From assembly GCA_041549915.1 (NCBI GenBank), contig JBFEPU010000003.1:1-37819 (forward strand): a stretch of DNA of 37,819 bases. Direction: 5' to 3'. The position numbers and the translations under genes are program-made. This stretch comes from Anaerolineae bacterium. GTDB taxonomy: Bacteria; Chloroflexota; Anaerolineae; UBA2200. A model generated the notes under the pieces. It saw nothing but the letters and a program-made list of their open reading frames with translations. It made no database searches and was not told where the DNA came from. Below are positions 1 to 7,483 of this stretch, one piece after another (the stretch's first letter is position 1; every line of letters starts with the position of its first letter).

Positions 1-309
1 GCGACGCGTACTGTCCCGGCTCCCGCCTGGACTTTGACAGTGACGCCGACCGTTGCGCCAACATCGACGCGCCAGCCCAGCGCAACAGCGAGCCCTACTG
101 CTTCGATGACCCATACGGCCACAGTGACACCGACTGCGTCGCGCACGCCAAGCCCGACTGCGACTCTAACGTCGATGCCCTCGGCCACGCCCACACCTAC
201 ATTCACACCAACCTCGACTCCAAAACCTGTGCCTCCGCCTCCAACCGCACCACCGCCAAGTCCAACGCCGGTCCCTGTGGCCCCCACACAGACACTTGTC
301 CCAAGGTGA
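1..309 (+). CDS. C-terminal part of a Thr/Ser/Pro-rich low-complexity (mucin-like) protein, 5'-truncated by the window edge
   Basis: Frame is open from base 1 (ATRTVPAPAWTLTVTPT...) to TGA at 307-309. In the 91 aa from 34-309 I count 26 Thr, 10 Ser, 25 Pro and no acidic residues, with TPT/PTAT repeats. Confidence 0.8.
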   Translation, partial: ATRTVPAPAWTLTVTPTVAPTSTRQPSATASPTASMTHTATVTPTASRTPSPTATLTSMPSATPTPTFTPTSTPKPVPPPPTAPPPSPTPVPVAPTQTLVPR

Positions 310-328
310 ATCAGACTGAGGCTGCAAG

Positions 329-2617
329 ATGACGACCCCAGCCGCCAATGAGGCGCACCATGTAGATACCATACTCGAGGGCGAGCGCTGGGTGGGCCTG
401 CCCACCAAGTGGGCCTTGTTGGTGCTCGGCCTGCTCAGTACGAGCTTTGTCAACAGGTACCGCATCTACTTCTGGCTGACGGTCGGCGTGCTGACATATC
501 TCGTATTGACGCTGCTGTTCACATACCTGATAGGGACGCGGACAAGGGCTGTCGGGCACCTGGACCGCAGTCTCTACTTCGCTTCGTACGCATCAGACGT
601 GGCATTTGCCAGTCAGGTGATCTACTACAGCGGGGGTATCAGCAGTGACATGTACCTACTGTACGGGCTGCTGGCAATTCGAAGTGCTGTGTACTACCCT
701 ATCTGGCCTGAGGTATTGGCGTTTCCGTTTGCGCTGGGTCCCTTGTACGTGCTCGTTCTCCGCCTCTCTGCCGGCGGTTGGTATTTCCTAGCAGAGACCT
801 CTTTCCTGCTACGGTACGCGGTGCTTCTGGCTGTGGTATTCGTGGCCATGTACCTTGGGTGGGTCAACGAACGCGGCCGTCGGAGCCAGGGTTCACTACG
901 TCGTAGCCTGGCTGAACGCAGCCGTGACTTGGACATCAAAACCGGAGCCATGCAGCAAATGGCCACCAACCTGGGAAACCGCGTGCTTGAGCTGCGGAAC
1001 CTCCAGGAAGGCATCAAAGCTATCAACTCGGCCTTGGCACTGGAAGACGTGCTTCGTCTGATTGTGGCCAATGCATCCCAGGTGCTGCAAGGAGCACGCT
1101 GCTCAGTTGCACTATTGGGTGATTTGCCAGATGAGGTAATCTCCATGTCATCGGCGGATGGGAGAACGGATGCCCTGGCCGGTTCCGGCTCGAGATTCGA
1201 CCGGGATGTGGCCGAATGGGTGGTCCATTATGGCAAGCCCGTGCTCAGCCGCGATTTGAGTCAAGACAGCCGCTTTGGAGACAATTCTGACTTGCAGCTG
1301 TCCTCCCTCATCAGTGTACCGCTCTTCGTGGGTGATGAGGCGATCGGGGCGCTAATTGCCACCAGTCCAGACCGCAACGCGTTTGCCACCGAAGACCTCA
1401 ACCTTCTCAGCGCCTTCGCTGATCAGGCCGCAGTCGCTGCATCGAATGCCAGACTGTACGAACAACTAGTGGAGGAGCAGAAGCAGACTGCACAGCTTTA
1501 TCAGCACGTTGAAGAGAGAAGGAATGAGCTCGAGGCGATCCTGCGTGGTATCGGTGACGGAGTAATTGTGGCCGATCCCAATCTCAACCTGTTGCTGATG
1601 AATCCGGTGGCCACCCGCATCTTCCATGTCAAGCCCGATGTGACGAGCAGCCTGCCCGTTTCTGAGGTGATACCGAATCAGGAGCTCGCCTCCCTTCTCC
1701 AGGACGCACTGCATGGTGAAGAAGGAGCCATGGTCAGGGAGATCGCTCCGCCTGACGCCGACGGCCGCAGTCAGGCTACCTACCAGGCGCTAGCCTCGCC
1801 AGTACTGAGCGCATTTGGGGGCGTCCGTGGAGTGGTGACGGTACTGCGGGACATTACCACTCAGAAAGAACTCGAGCGCATGAAGTCCAACTTTCTGTCG
1901 GTGGTCTCACACGAACTGAAGACGCCGCTCCACTCCATCAAGGGCTTTGTCGACATCATCTTGATGGGTAAGACTGGACAAGTCAACGACACCCAGGCCG
2001 ACTTCCTGAGCACTGTTCAAGATCAGGCAGCACATCTGCAGAACCTAATTGACGATCTACTGGAGTTCTCGCGCCTCGATTCCGGCCAGGTCAAATTAAA
2101 CCTGACAGAGGTGGCCTTGGGTGAGGTAGCAGCCGTGGTCACAGACAAGCTGAAGCCGCTGGCTGATCAGGGGGAACTCCAGATTGTAAACCGCATTGGC
2201 CCCCACATCCCCACTGTGGAAGCAGACCGCCTACGCATTGAGCAAGTGCTCACCAACCTTGTCCAGAACGCTATCAAGTTCACTCCTCGTTCTGGCGTCA
2301 TCACGTTGACTGCTGAGGACCAGGGAGAGGAAGTACAAGTTGCGGTCTCCGATACGGGCATTGGCATCCCAGCTGACGAATTGACTCGCATTTTCGATCG
2401 TTTCTACCAGGTGGATAGCAGTCCAACACGGCACTATCGTGGGACGGGCTTGGGCCTGACGATTTGCAAGCACATTGTCGAGTATCATCGCGGCAGAATC
2501 TGGGCCAAAAGCGAGGAGGGCAAGGGGAGCACCTTCTTCTTCGCTCTGCCCAAACAAATGGTCGGCGAAGAGGACGAGGTTCTACTCGACTTTTTGAGCT
2601 TACCCAAGAAAGACTAG
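329..2617 (+). CDS. Membrane-bound sensor histidine kinase (N-terminal TM bundle, GAF, PAS, HisKA, HATPase_c)
   Basis: Several hydrophobic helices in the first ~180 aa; GAF-like SLISVPLFVGDEAIGAL...AFADQAAVAASNARLY; PAS-like GIGDGVIVAD...MNPVA...VTVLRDIT; H-box SHELKTPL; N-box VLTNLVQNAIKFT; G1 DTGIGI; F-box IFDRFYQ; G2 GTGLGL. Confidence 0.96.
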   Translation: MTTPAANEAHHVDTILEGERWVGLPTKWALLVLGLLSTSFVNRYRIYFWLTVGVLTYLVLTLLFTYLIGTRTRAVGHLDRSLYFASYASDVAFASQVIYYSGGISSDMYLLYGLLAIRSAVYYPIWPEVLAFPFALGPLYVLVLRLSAGGWYFLAETSFLLRYAVLLAVVFVAMYLGWVNERGRRSQGSLRRSLAERSRDLDIKTGAMQQMATNLGNRVLELRNLQEGIKAINSALALEDVLRLIVANASQVLQGARCSVALLGDLPDEVISMSSADGRTDALAGSGSRFDRDVAEWVVHYGKPVLSRDLSQDSRFGDNSDLQLSSLISVPLFVGDEAIGALIATSPDRNAFATEDLNLLSAFADQAAVAASNARLYEQLVEEQKQTAQLYQHVEERRNELEAILRGIGDGVIVADPNLNLLLMNPVATRIFHVKPDVTSSLPVSEVIPNQELASLLQDALHGEEGAMVREIAPPDADGRSQATYQALASPVLSAFGGVRGVVTVLRDITTQKELERMKSNFLSVVSHELKTPLHSIKGFVDIILMGKTGQVNDTQADFLSTVQDQAAHLQNLIDDLLEFSRLDSGQVKLNLTEVALGEVAAVVTDKLKPLADQGELQIVNRIGPHIPTVEADRLRIEQVLTNLVQNAIKFTPRSGVITLTAEDQGEEVQVAVSDTGIGIPADELTRIFDRFYQVDSSPTRHYRGTGLGLTICKHIVEYHRGRIWAKSEEGKGSTFFFALPKQMVGEEDEVLLDFLSLPKKD

Positions 2618-2657
2618 GGGCACACGTGCTGCCCTGATAAGTCGCAAGACGCTGAGG

Positions 2658-2718
2658 ACCAGAGGACAGCACGCTCACTGGAAGACAGGCGTCAGTGAGC
2701 AGCCTCTGGTTTTGTGTT
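2658..2718 (+). terminator. Probable intrinsic terminator after the histidine kinase
   Basis: Nested inverted repeats ACCAGAGG (2658-2665)/CCTCTGGT (2703-2710) and GCTCACTG (2673-2680)/CAGTGAGC (2693-2700), followed by TTTGTGTT. Confidence 0.6.
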
Positions 2719-2745
2719 GCATTCACACCGAAAAATGAATATATT
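2717..2745 (+). promoter_or_regulatory. Sigma70-type promoter candidate for the glycosylation cluster
   Basis: TTGCAT (2717-2722), 17 bp spacer, TATATT (2740-2745), in an AT-rich patch of otherwise GC-rich DNA, about 165 bp upstream of the ATG at 2912. Confidence 0.6.
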
Positions 2746-2911
2746 TGAAGAAATCCGCGCCCACCTTGGTTGAAATGGCGCATATATGAGCGGATTGTCA
2801 CCCCCAGAGCAGCCGTTTTTCATCGGCTTTTCATCTCCAGAGGCTAGAATGCCGCACGGGTAGGCCGCGCTGCTCTTGTTTGCGCAATCCAAGCAGAAGG
2901 GAGGGACGATC

Positions 2912-3370
2912 ATGGCGCTCTATGTGCGCGCGCTGACAAATGCGGAGCAGAACCAACTGCAGGTTTGGTTGACATGCAATGATCCCGTGATGAAGCACCG
3001 AGCACGGGTTGTGCTTCTTTCCAGCGAGGGATATCGTGTACCAGAGATTGGTTCCCTTGTTGAGGCGCACCCGGCCAATCTGCGCAAGTGGATTCATCGT
3101 TTCAACGAACGGGGATGTGAGGGTCTGCGAACGGTCCACTCCGGCGGTCCCAGGCAACGATTCTCAACACAGCAACGGCAGGAGATTGTGCGCCTGGCTC
3201 AGGCCAACCCGAGGGATCTCGGCCTCCACTTCAGCCGCTGGACGCTACATAAGCTCGCTCGACAAGCCGCGAAACGTGGCATCGTGAACCGCATCAGCCA
3301 CGAGTGTGTGCGCCAGATCCTCAGCGGCGCAAAATGTGACTACAGGAGGAGATTGAGTCCAAGTAGGTGA
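2912..3370 (+). CDS. Stand-alone helix-turn-helix protein resembling the N-terminal DNA-binding part of IS630-family transposases; no DDE catalytic domain
   Basis: RARVVLLSSEG...EIG...RKWIHRFNERGCEGL...SGGPRQRF...P.DLG..FSRWTLHKLA...GIV..ISHECVRQIL matches IS630 ORF-A style HTH regions. RBS GGAGGG precedes the ATG at 2912. Stop overlaps the next start (TGATG at 3368-3372). Confidence 0.8.
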   Translation: MALYVRALTNAEQNQLQVWLTCNDPVMKHRARVVLLSSEGYRVPEIGSLVEAHPANLRKWIHRFNERGCEGLRTVHSGGPRQRFSTQQRQEIVRLAQANPRDLGLHFSRWTLHKLARQAAKRGIVNRISHECVRQILSGAKCDYRRRLSPSR

Positions 3371-4839
3371 TGAGAGTTGCCCTGGTTTCTCCCAAGTGGA
3401 ATAGGAAAGCCAACGACTACCCAGCGCTGGGGTTGGGCTATCTGGCTGCCGTTCTTGAGCGCGATGGGCATCAAGTAAGGATCTTTGACTTTGCCCTCTA
3501 TCCCACTGCGCCTCTGGAAGAGGACGTGCAGCAAGTTTGCACGTTTGACCCGGAAATGATCGGGATCACTGCCATGAGCAGCGTCTATCACAGCGCCATG
3601 CAAACCGCTACTCTACTTAAAGCATACTTGGGAAGGCCGATTGTGATCGGTGGCCCTCATGCCACGGTGTACCCGGAGCGTGTACTCGCAGAGTCGCCGG
3701 TCATTGATTGTGTTGTCCGCGGTGAAGGGGAAGAGACCATCAGGCAATTGGCGAGGGCACTCGACGGCACTGGCAGCAACCTCGGTGCAATCGACGGTCT
3801 GACGTACCGCAAACGAAGCGAGATTGTCTCTAATCCGGATCGGCCGCTCATCCGCGACCTCGACTCGCTACCCTTTCCGGCACGCCACCTGTTCGATCTG
3901 AAACACTATGGATTGCGCACACCTGGGGGGCAGCCAATGGTGACGGTGATGTCCAGTCGGGGCTGTCCCTACAATTGCAGCTACTGCTTCAAGGGGATCG
4001 TGGGTCGCACCTACCGCCAGCGGAGTCCAGGGAACATCATTGCTGAGCTACGGCAAGTCATTGATCAGTATGACGTACGCAACTTTTACTTCATTGATGA
4101 TCTGTTCACAATAGACCGGCACCGACTGAACGCCCTCACAGAACAGCTCGTCGCCGCACGACTGGACATTCGCTGGCAGTGCTTGGGGCGTGTGGACCGT
4201 GTGGATGCGGAGGTCTTGCGCAAGATGTACGCTGCTGGTTGCCGTCGTATCCACTACGGCATCGAGTCTGGCAACCAACAGATCCTGGACGGAGTCGGAA
4301 AAGGAATCAAACTGGAGCAAGTTCGGCAGGCGGTTCGCTGGACACAAGAGGCCGGCATTGAGGTCAAGGGCTACTTCATGTTGGGCCTGCCTGGCGACAC
4401 GGAGGAGACACTGCAGCAGACCATAGATCTGGCCACTGAGCTGGATTTGGATGAAACCATGTTCAGCCTCACCACGCCGTTTCCGGGCACACGCCTGTGG
4501 GACGAATTGGTCAAGAAAAAGCCGGGGACAGAGTACAATCAGGACTTTGCCCGCGCCTACTACTATGGCAACCCCGATGAGGAAGTCACCCCTTTCCTCA
4601 ACGTCTCTGACGTTCCGGACGACGTCCTCGAAGAGTGGATGCAGCGGGCGCAGCAGTCCAATGCTGAACGCAAAGCCAAGGGCATATACCAGCAGGCCTT
4701 TGGGCGATCGTTGGGACCGATCATGTGGCGAATCTCACGTTTTGAGCCGCTACGGGCGCTGGCTCGACGCTTGCTGCGTGTGGGATTCTTCAAGCGCTTT
4801 TCCAGCCTCCGGGCTGGGGTGGTTAAGACATGGTCCTGA
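3370..4839 (+). CDS. Cobalamin (B12)-binding-domain radical SAM enzyme (class B methyltransferase-like)
   Basis: N-terminal B12-binding-like region (PALGLGYLAAVL, IVIGGPHAT, VVRGEGEET); SSRGCPYNCSYC (CxxxCxxC); FIDDLF; GIESG; FMLGLPGDT; PFPGT. Confidence 0.93.
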   Translation: MRVALVSPKWNRKANDYPALGLGYLAAVLERDGHQVRIFDFALYPTAPLEEDVQQVCTFDPEMIGITAMSSVYHSAMQTATLLKAYLGRPIVIGGPHATVYPERVLAESPVIDCVVRGEGEETIRQLARALDGTGSNLGAIDGLTYRKRSEIVSNPDRPLIRDLDSLPFPARHLFDLKHYGLRTPGGQPMVTVMSSRGCPYNCSYCFKGIVGRTYRQRSPGNIIAELRQVIDQYDVRNFYFIDDLFTIDRHRLNALTEQLVAARLDIRWQCLGRVDRVDAEVLRKMYAAGCRRIHYGIESGNQQILDGVGKGIKLEQVRQAVRWTQEAGIEVKGYFMLGLPGDTEETLQQTIDLATELDLDETMFSLTTPFPGTRLWDELVKKKPGTEYNQDFARAYYYGNPDEEVTPFLNVSDVPDDVLEEWMQRAQQSNAERKAKGIYQQAFGRSLGPIMWRISRFEPLRALARRLLRVGFFKRFSSLRAGVVKTWS

Positions 4840-5831
4840 GCAGGGTTACGCGTCGGGCGCAGCGGTATCGAGCTCGCGCCGCTTCCCTCACAAAGTGGCT
4901 TTCCTATGTGAGCGGACGTACCAGATTGCCGACCTACCCGGATCGGATGTACCTGGAATGCACCAATGTGTGCAATCTGGGATGTGTGATGTGTCCCAAC
5001 GGCTTGGGGTTGCTGACGCGCTCCAAGGGGTTCATGGATTATTCTCTTTTCACGCAGATTGTGGACGAGATGGCTCCCCACGTGCAGACGACAACCCTGC
5101 ATATCTGGGGCGAGCCGCTTCTGCATCCTCGAATCTATGACATGATTGCTCACTGTCGTAGTCAGGGCCTGATCAGCGAAATCTCCACGAATGCGACACT
5201 CCTGACCGAAGAGCGCAGTCTTGAGATACTGGACGCGGGTCTCGGCGCCATCTACCTCTGCCTGGATGGGGCGACTCCAGAGACCTACGAGCGCGTTAGG
5301 CGCAGGGCCGATTTCGAGGAGACCCAGGAGAATATCCGCCGTTTTGCGGAGTTGAAGAGCAAGCGCACTCATGGGCCACGGGTCAGTGTACAGATCATCA
5401 ATATCAGACCGACTGCTCCGGAGATCGAGCAGTTCAAGCGTGCTTGGAGCATTCCAGGCGTGGATCGCGTTCATGTCAAGGCATTCGACTCCTGGGGTGG
5501 CCAGGTGGAGCAAATAAACGAGCTGCGCAGTGAGGGCAACGGCGTGGCGGTACCAGAGGAGCGCTACCACTGTCCAAACTTGTGGTACCATGTCCACATC
5601 TACTGGGATGGAACGCTGGTCTGCTGTGACCGTGATTTCAACGCACTGAGTCCACTCGGCAACGTCCAAGATGGCGTGATGAAAGCCTGGAATGGCCCTG
5701 GGATGGTAGAACTGCGTCGCAGACACCTTCAGGGCTCGCTTGATAAAGTGCTGCCGTGCAGCAACTGCGCAGAGTGGAGTTGGTGGAAGCCATCGCCGTT
5801 CTCATCCCACGGCAACGCTCCCCAGCGCTGA
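4830..5831 (+). CDS. Radical SAM enzyme with a C-terminal SPASM/Twitch auxiliary Fe-S domain
   Basis: CNLGCVMC motif; WGEPLLHP; ISTNATLL; C-terminal CPNLWYH...DGTLVCC...LGNV...PCSNC. Confidence 0.92.
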   Translation: MVLSRVTRRAQRYRARAASLTKWLSYVSGRTRLPTYPDRMYLECTNVCNLGCVMCPNGLGLLTRSKGFMDYSLFTQIVDEMAPHVQTTTLHIWGEPLLHPRIYDMIAHCRSQGLISEISTNATLLTEERSLEILDAGLGAIYLCLDGATPETYERVRRRADFEETQENIRRFAELKSKRTHGPRVSVQIINIRPTAPEIEQFKRAWSIPGVDRVHVKAFDSWGGQVEQINELRSEGNGVAVPEERYHCPNLWYHVHIYWDGTLVCCDRDFNALSPLGNVQDGVMKAWNGPGMVELRRRHLQGSLDKVLPCSNCAEWSWWKPSPFSSHGNAPQR

Positions 5832-5843
5832 GAGGATTCGCAT

Positions 5844-7478
5844 ATGGCGCTGGGTGGGGCAGAAGCCTCTCGTCTGCCGGGCGCGCCTGCCCGTGCTGGT
5901 CTCTCCCGGATCACCCTCTCCCAAATCAACGACGGTGCCAGAGGCATTTTTCGCGCTCTGTCAAAGTCGGCCAGTCAGGAGAACAGCGCAGCTGGCGCTG
6001 ATGGGGAAGGCACAACGGGATGGAGACTTGCGCTCATTGTGCTGAGCGCGAGCCTCCTGCGCTTTGTGGGGCTGGGCAAAGAGAGCATTTGGCTTGATGA
6101 GGCGACAAGTCTCGTCATTGCCCGCATGAACCTGCCATCAGTCGTCGCCTGGGCGGCCGGAGATATCCACCCACCTCTCTATTACCTCACTTTGCACTTC
6201 TGGCTTGTGTTAGGAGACAGCGAGTTCGCCGTCCGTGCGCTTTCGGCTGTGCTGGGCATTGTTGCCATTGTGGCCACCTACGCGCTGGCCAACGAACTTT
6301 TCGGCGGCCGTGTTGGCTTGCTTGCAGCAGCGCTGCTTGCACTGGCTCCGCTTCATATCTGGTATTCCCAGCAGGCGCGCATGTACGTCATGGTGACTGT
6401 ACTCAGCGTGCTGGCGAGCTATCTCTTGTTGCTGGCCCTGCGCAGGCAGCAGACGAGCTACTGGCTGGCCTTTGTGTTGACCACCGTGCTGGCTCTATAC
6501 ACGCATTACTATGCCCTGTTTGCCTGGCTTTTCCAGGGTGTTTTTGCTGTCTACTGGCTATGGAGCAACCGATCCAACATGTGGCGCAGATGGCTCGCGG
6601 CGCAAGCGGCGGTCGCCGTGCTGTTCACCCCCTGGCTGCCGGTCCTCTATCACCAGGTGAGCACAGGCGGTGGTGGCTGGGTGGAAAAGTCCATCGGTAG
6701 GCCGGCGCCGTACGCTCTGGTTGACACCTGGCTTTACTTCAGCATCGGTCTGGACAGTGGGCTCTACCCAGTGCTCTTGCGCCGTGCAGCCTATCTGCTG
6801 TTCGCCACCTGTCTTCTGGCCGGGATACTCAGCCTGCGCCGCGCAGGTACGGGCCATGGGGTCACCCAACCCAAGCGACAGCGAGAAGGAGTGCTGTTCT
6901 GCATTGTGAATGGTGCCCTGCCGGTCCTCACCGTTTGGGTGCTGTCACAGGTGAAGCCGATGTACTCCGTGCGCTACCTGCTGGTGTTCTTACCACTGTA
7001 CTGCATCCTGGTGGCCCGGGGCATCGACGGCCTCAAGTGGGATCGAGTAGGTATCGCGGTCGCCCTGTTTCTGACGCTGACACTGCTGGTCGGCAACTGG
7101 AATGCCTGGCGTTTGGAGCAGAACGCGGACTGGCGCGGTGTGACTTTGCACGTCTTGGCTCACTCCCAGCCAAGGGATGTGGTGCTGTTCTCACCACGTT
7201 GGAATGAAAAGCCCTTTGAGTACTATAACCGAGGTCGTGTTGACACCAACATGGACCTACCGATTCCCGTCACTATGGATGCGGCACAAAGGGTCGTCGA
7301 AGACATCGCCCAGAGATATGAACGCGTGTGGTTGGTTTGGACCAGCGGGCACTACAGCGACCCAGATGGCACAGTCAAGCAGATCCTTGAGAGTCGCTAC
7401 GGGATTGTACAGGAAAGCAGCTTTCGAGGTGTCGATCGCCTGATCCTCTATGATCTGAGAGTGGCGGGGGAGAGCTAA
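5844..7478 (+). CDS. GT-C fold membrane glycosyltransferase (ArnT/PMT-like); exact start uncertain
   Basis: LRF..LGKESIWLDEA, HPPLYY, RALSA, PLHIWYSQQARMY, YTHYY; multiple TM helices and a soluble C-terminal domain. Confidence 0.9.
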   Translation: MALGGAEASRLPGAPARAGLSRITLSQINDGARGIFRALSKSASQENSAAGADGEGTTGWRLALIVLSASLLRFVGLGKESIWLDEATSLVIARMNLPSVVAWAAGDIHPPLYYLTLHFWLVLGDSEFAVRALSAVLGIVAIVATYALANELFGGRVGLLAAALLALAPLHIWYSQQARMYVMVTVLSVLASYLLLLALRRQQTSYWLAFVLTTVLALYTHYYALFAWLFQGVFAVYWLWSNRSNMWRRWLAAQAAVAVLFTPWLPVLYHQVSTGGGGWVEKSIGRPAPYALVDTWLYFSIGLDSGLYPVLLRRAAYLLFATCLLAGILSLRRAGTGHGVTQPKRQREGVLFCIVNGALPVLTVWVLSQVKPMYSVRYLLVFLPLYCILVARGIDGLKWDRVGIAVALFLTLTLLVGNWNAWRLEQNADWRGVTLHVLAHSQPRDVVLFSPRWNEKPFEYYNRGRVDTNMDLPIPVTMDAAQRVVEDIAQRYERVWLVWTSGHYSDPDGTVKQILESRYGIVQESSFRGVDRLILYDLRVAGES

Positions 7479-7483
7479 CGGAC

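Noticed and set aside
2876-3370. Intact or active IS630 insertion sequence
   Set aside because: No DDE domain or second ORF follows, and no terminal inverted repeats were recognised. The next gene is a radical SAM enzyme coupled to its stop codon.
3370-4839. Hopanoid biosynthesis cluster (HpnJ/HpnP-like assignment)
   Set aside because: No squalene synthase, squalene-hopene cyclase or other clear hpn genes are in the window. The similarity is only at the family level.
4563-5726. Long minus-strand ORF (387 aa), and similar ones at 15383-16111, 29155-29976 and 32729-33454
   Set aside because: They are antisense shadows of well-supported + strand genes and show no recognisable motifs, as expected in GC-rich DNA.
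4830-5831. RiPP maturase role for the SPASM-type radical SAM enzymes (also 28435-29604)
   Set aside because: No precursor peptide, RRE/PqqD domain, peptidase or peptide exporter is visible, and the context is entirely glycan-related.
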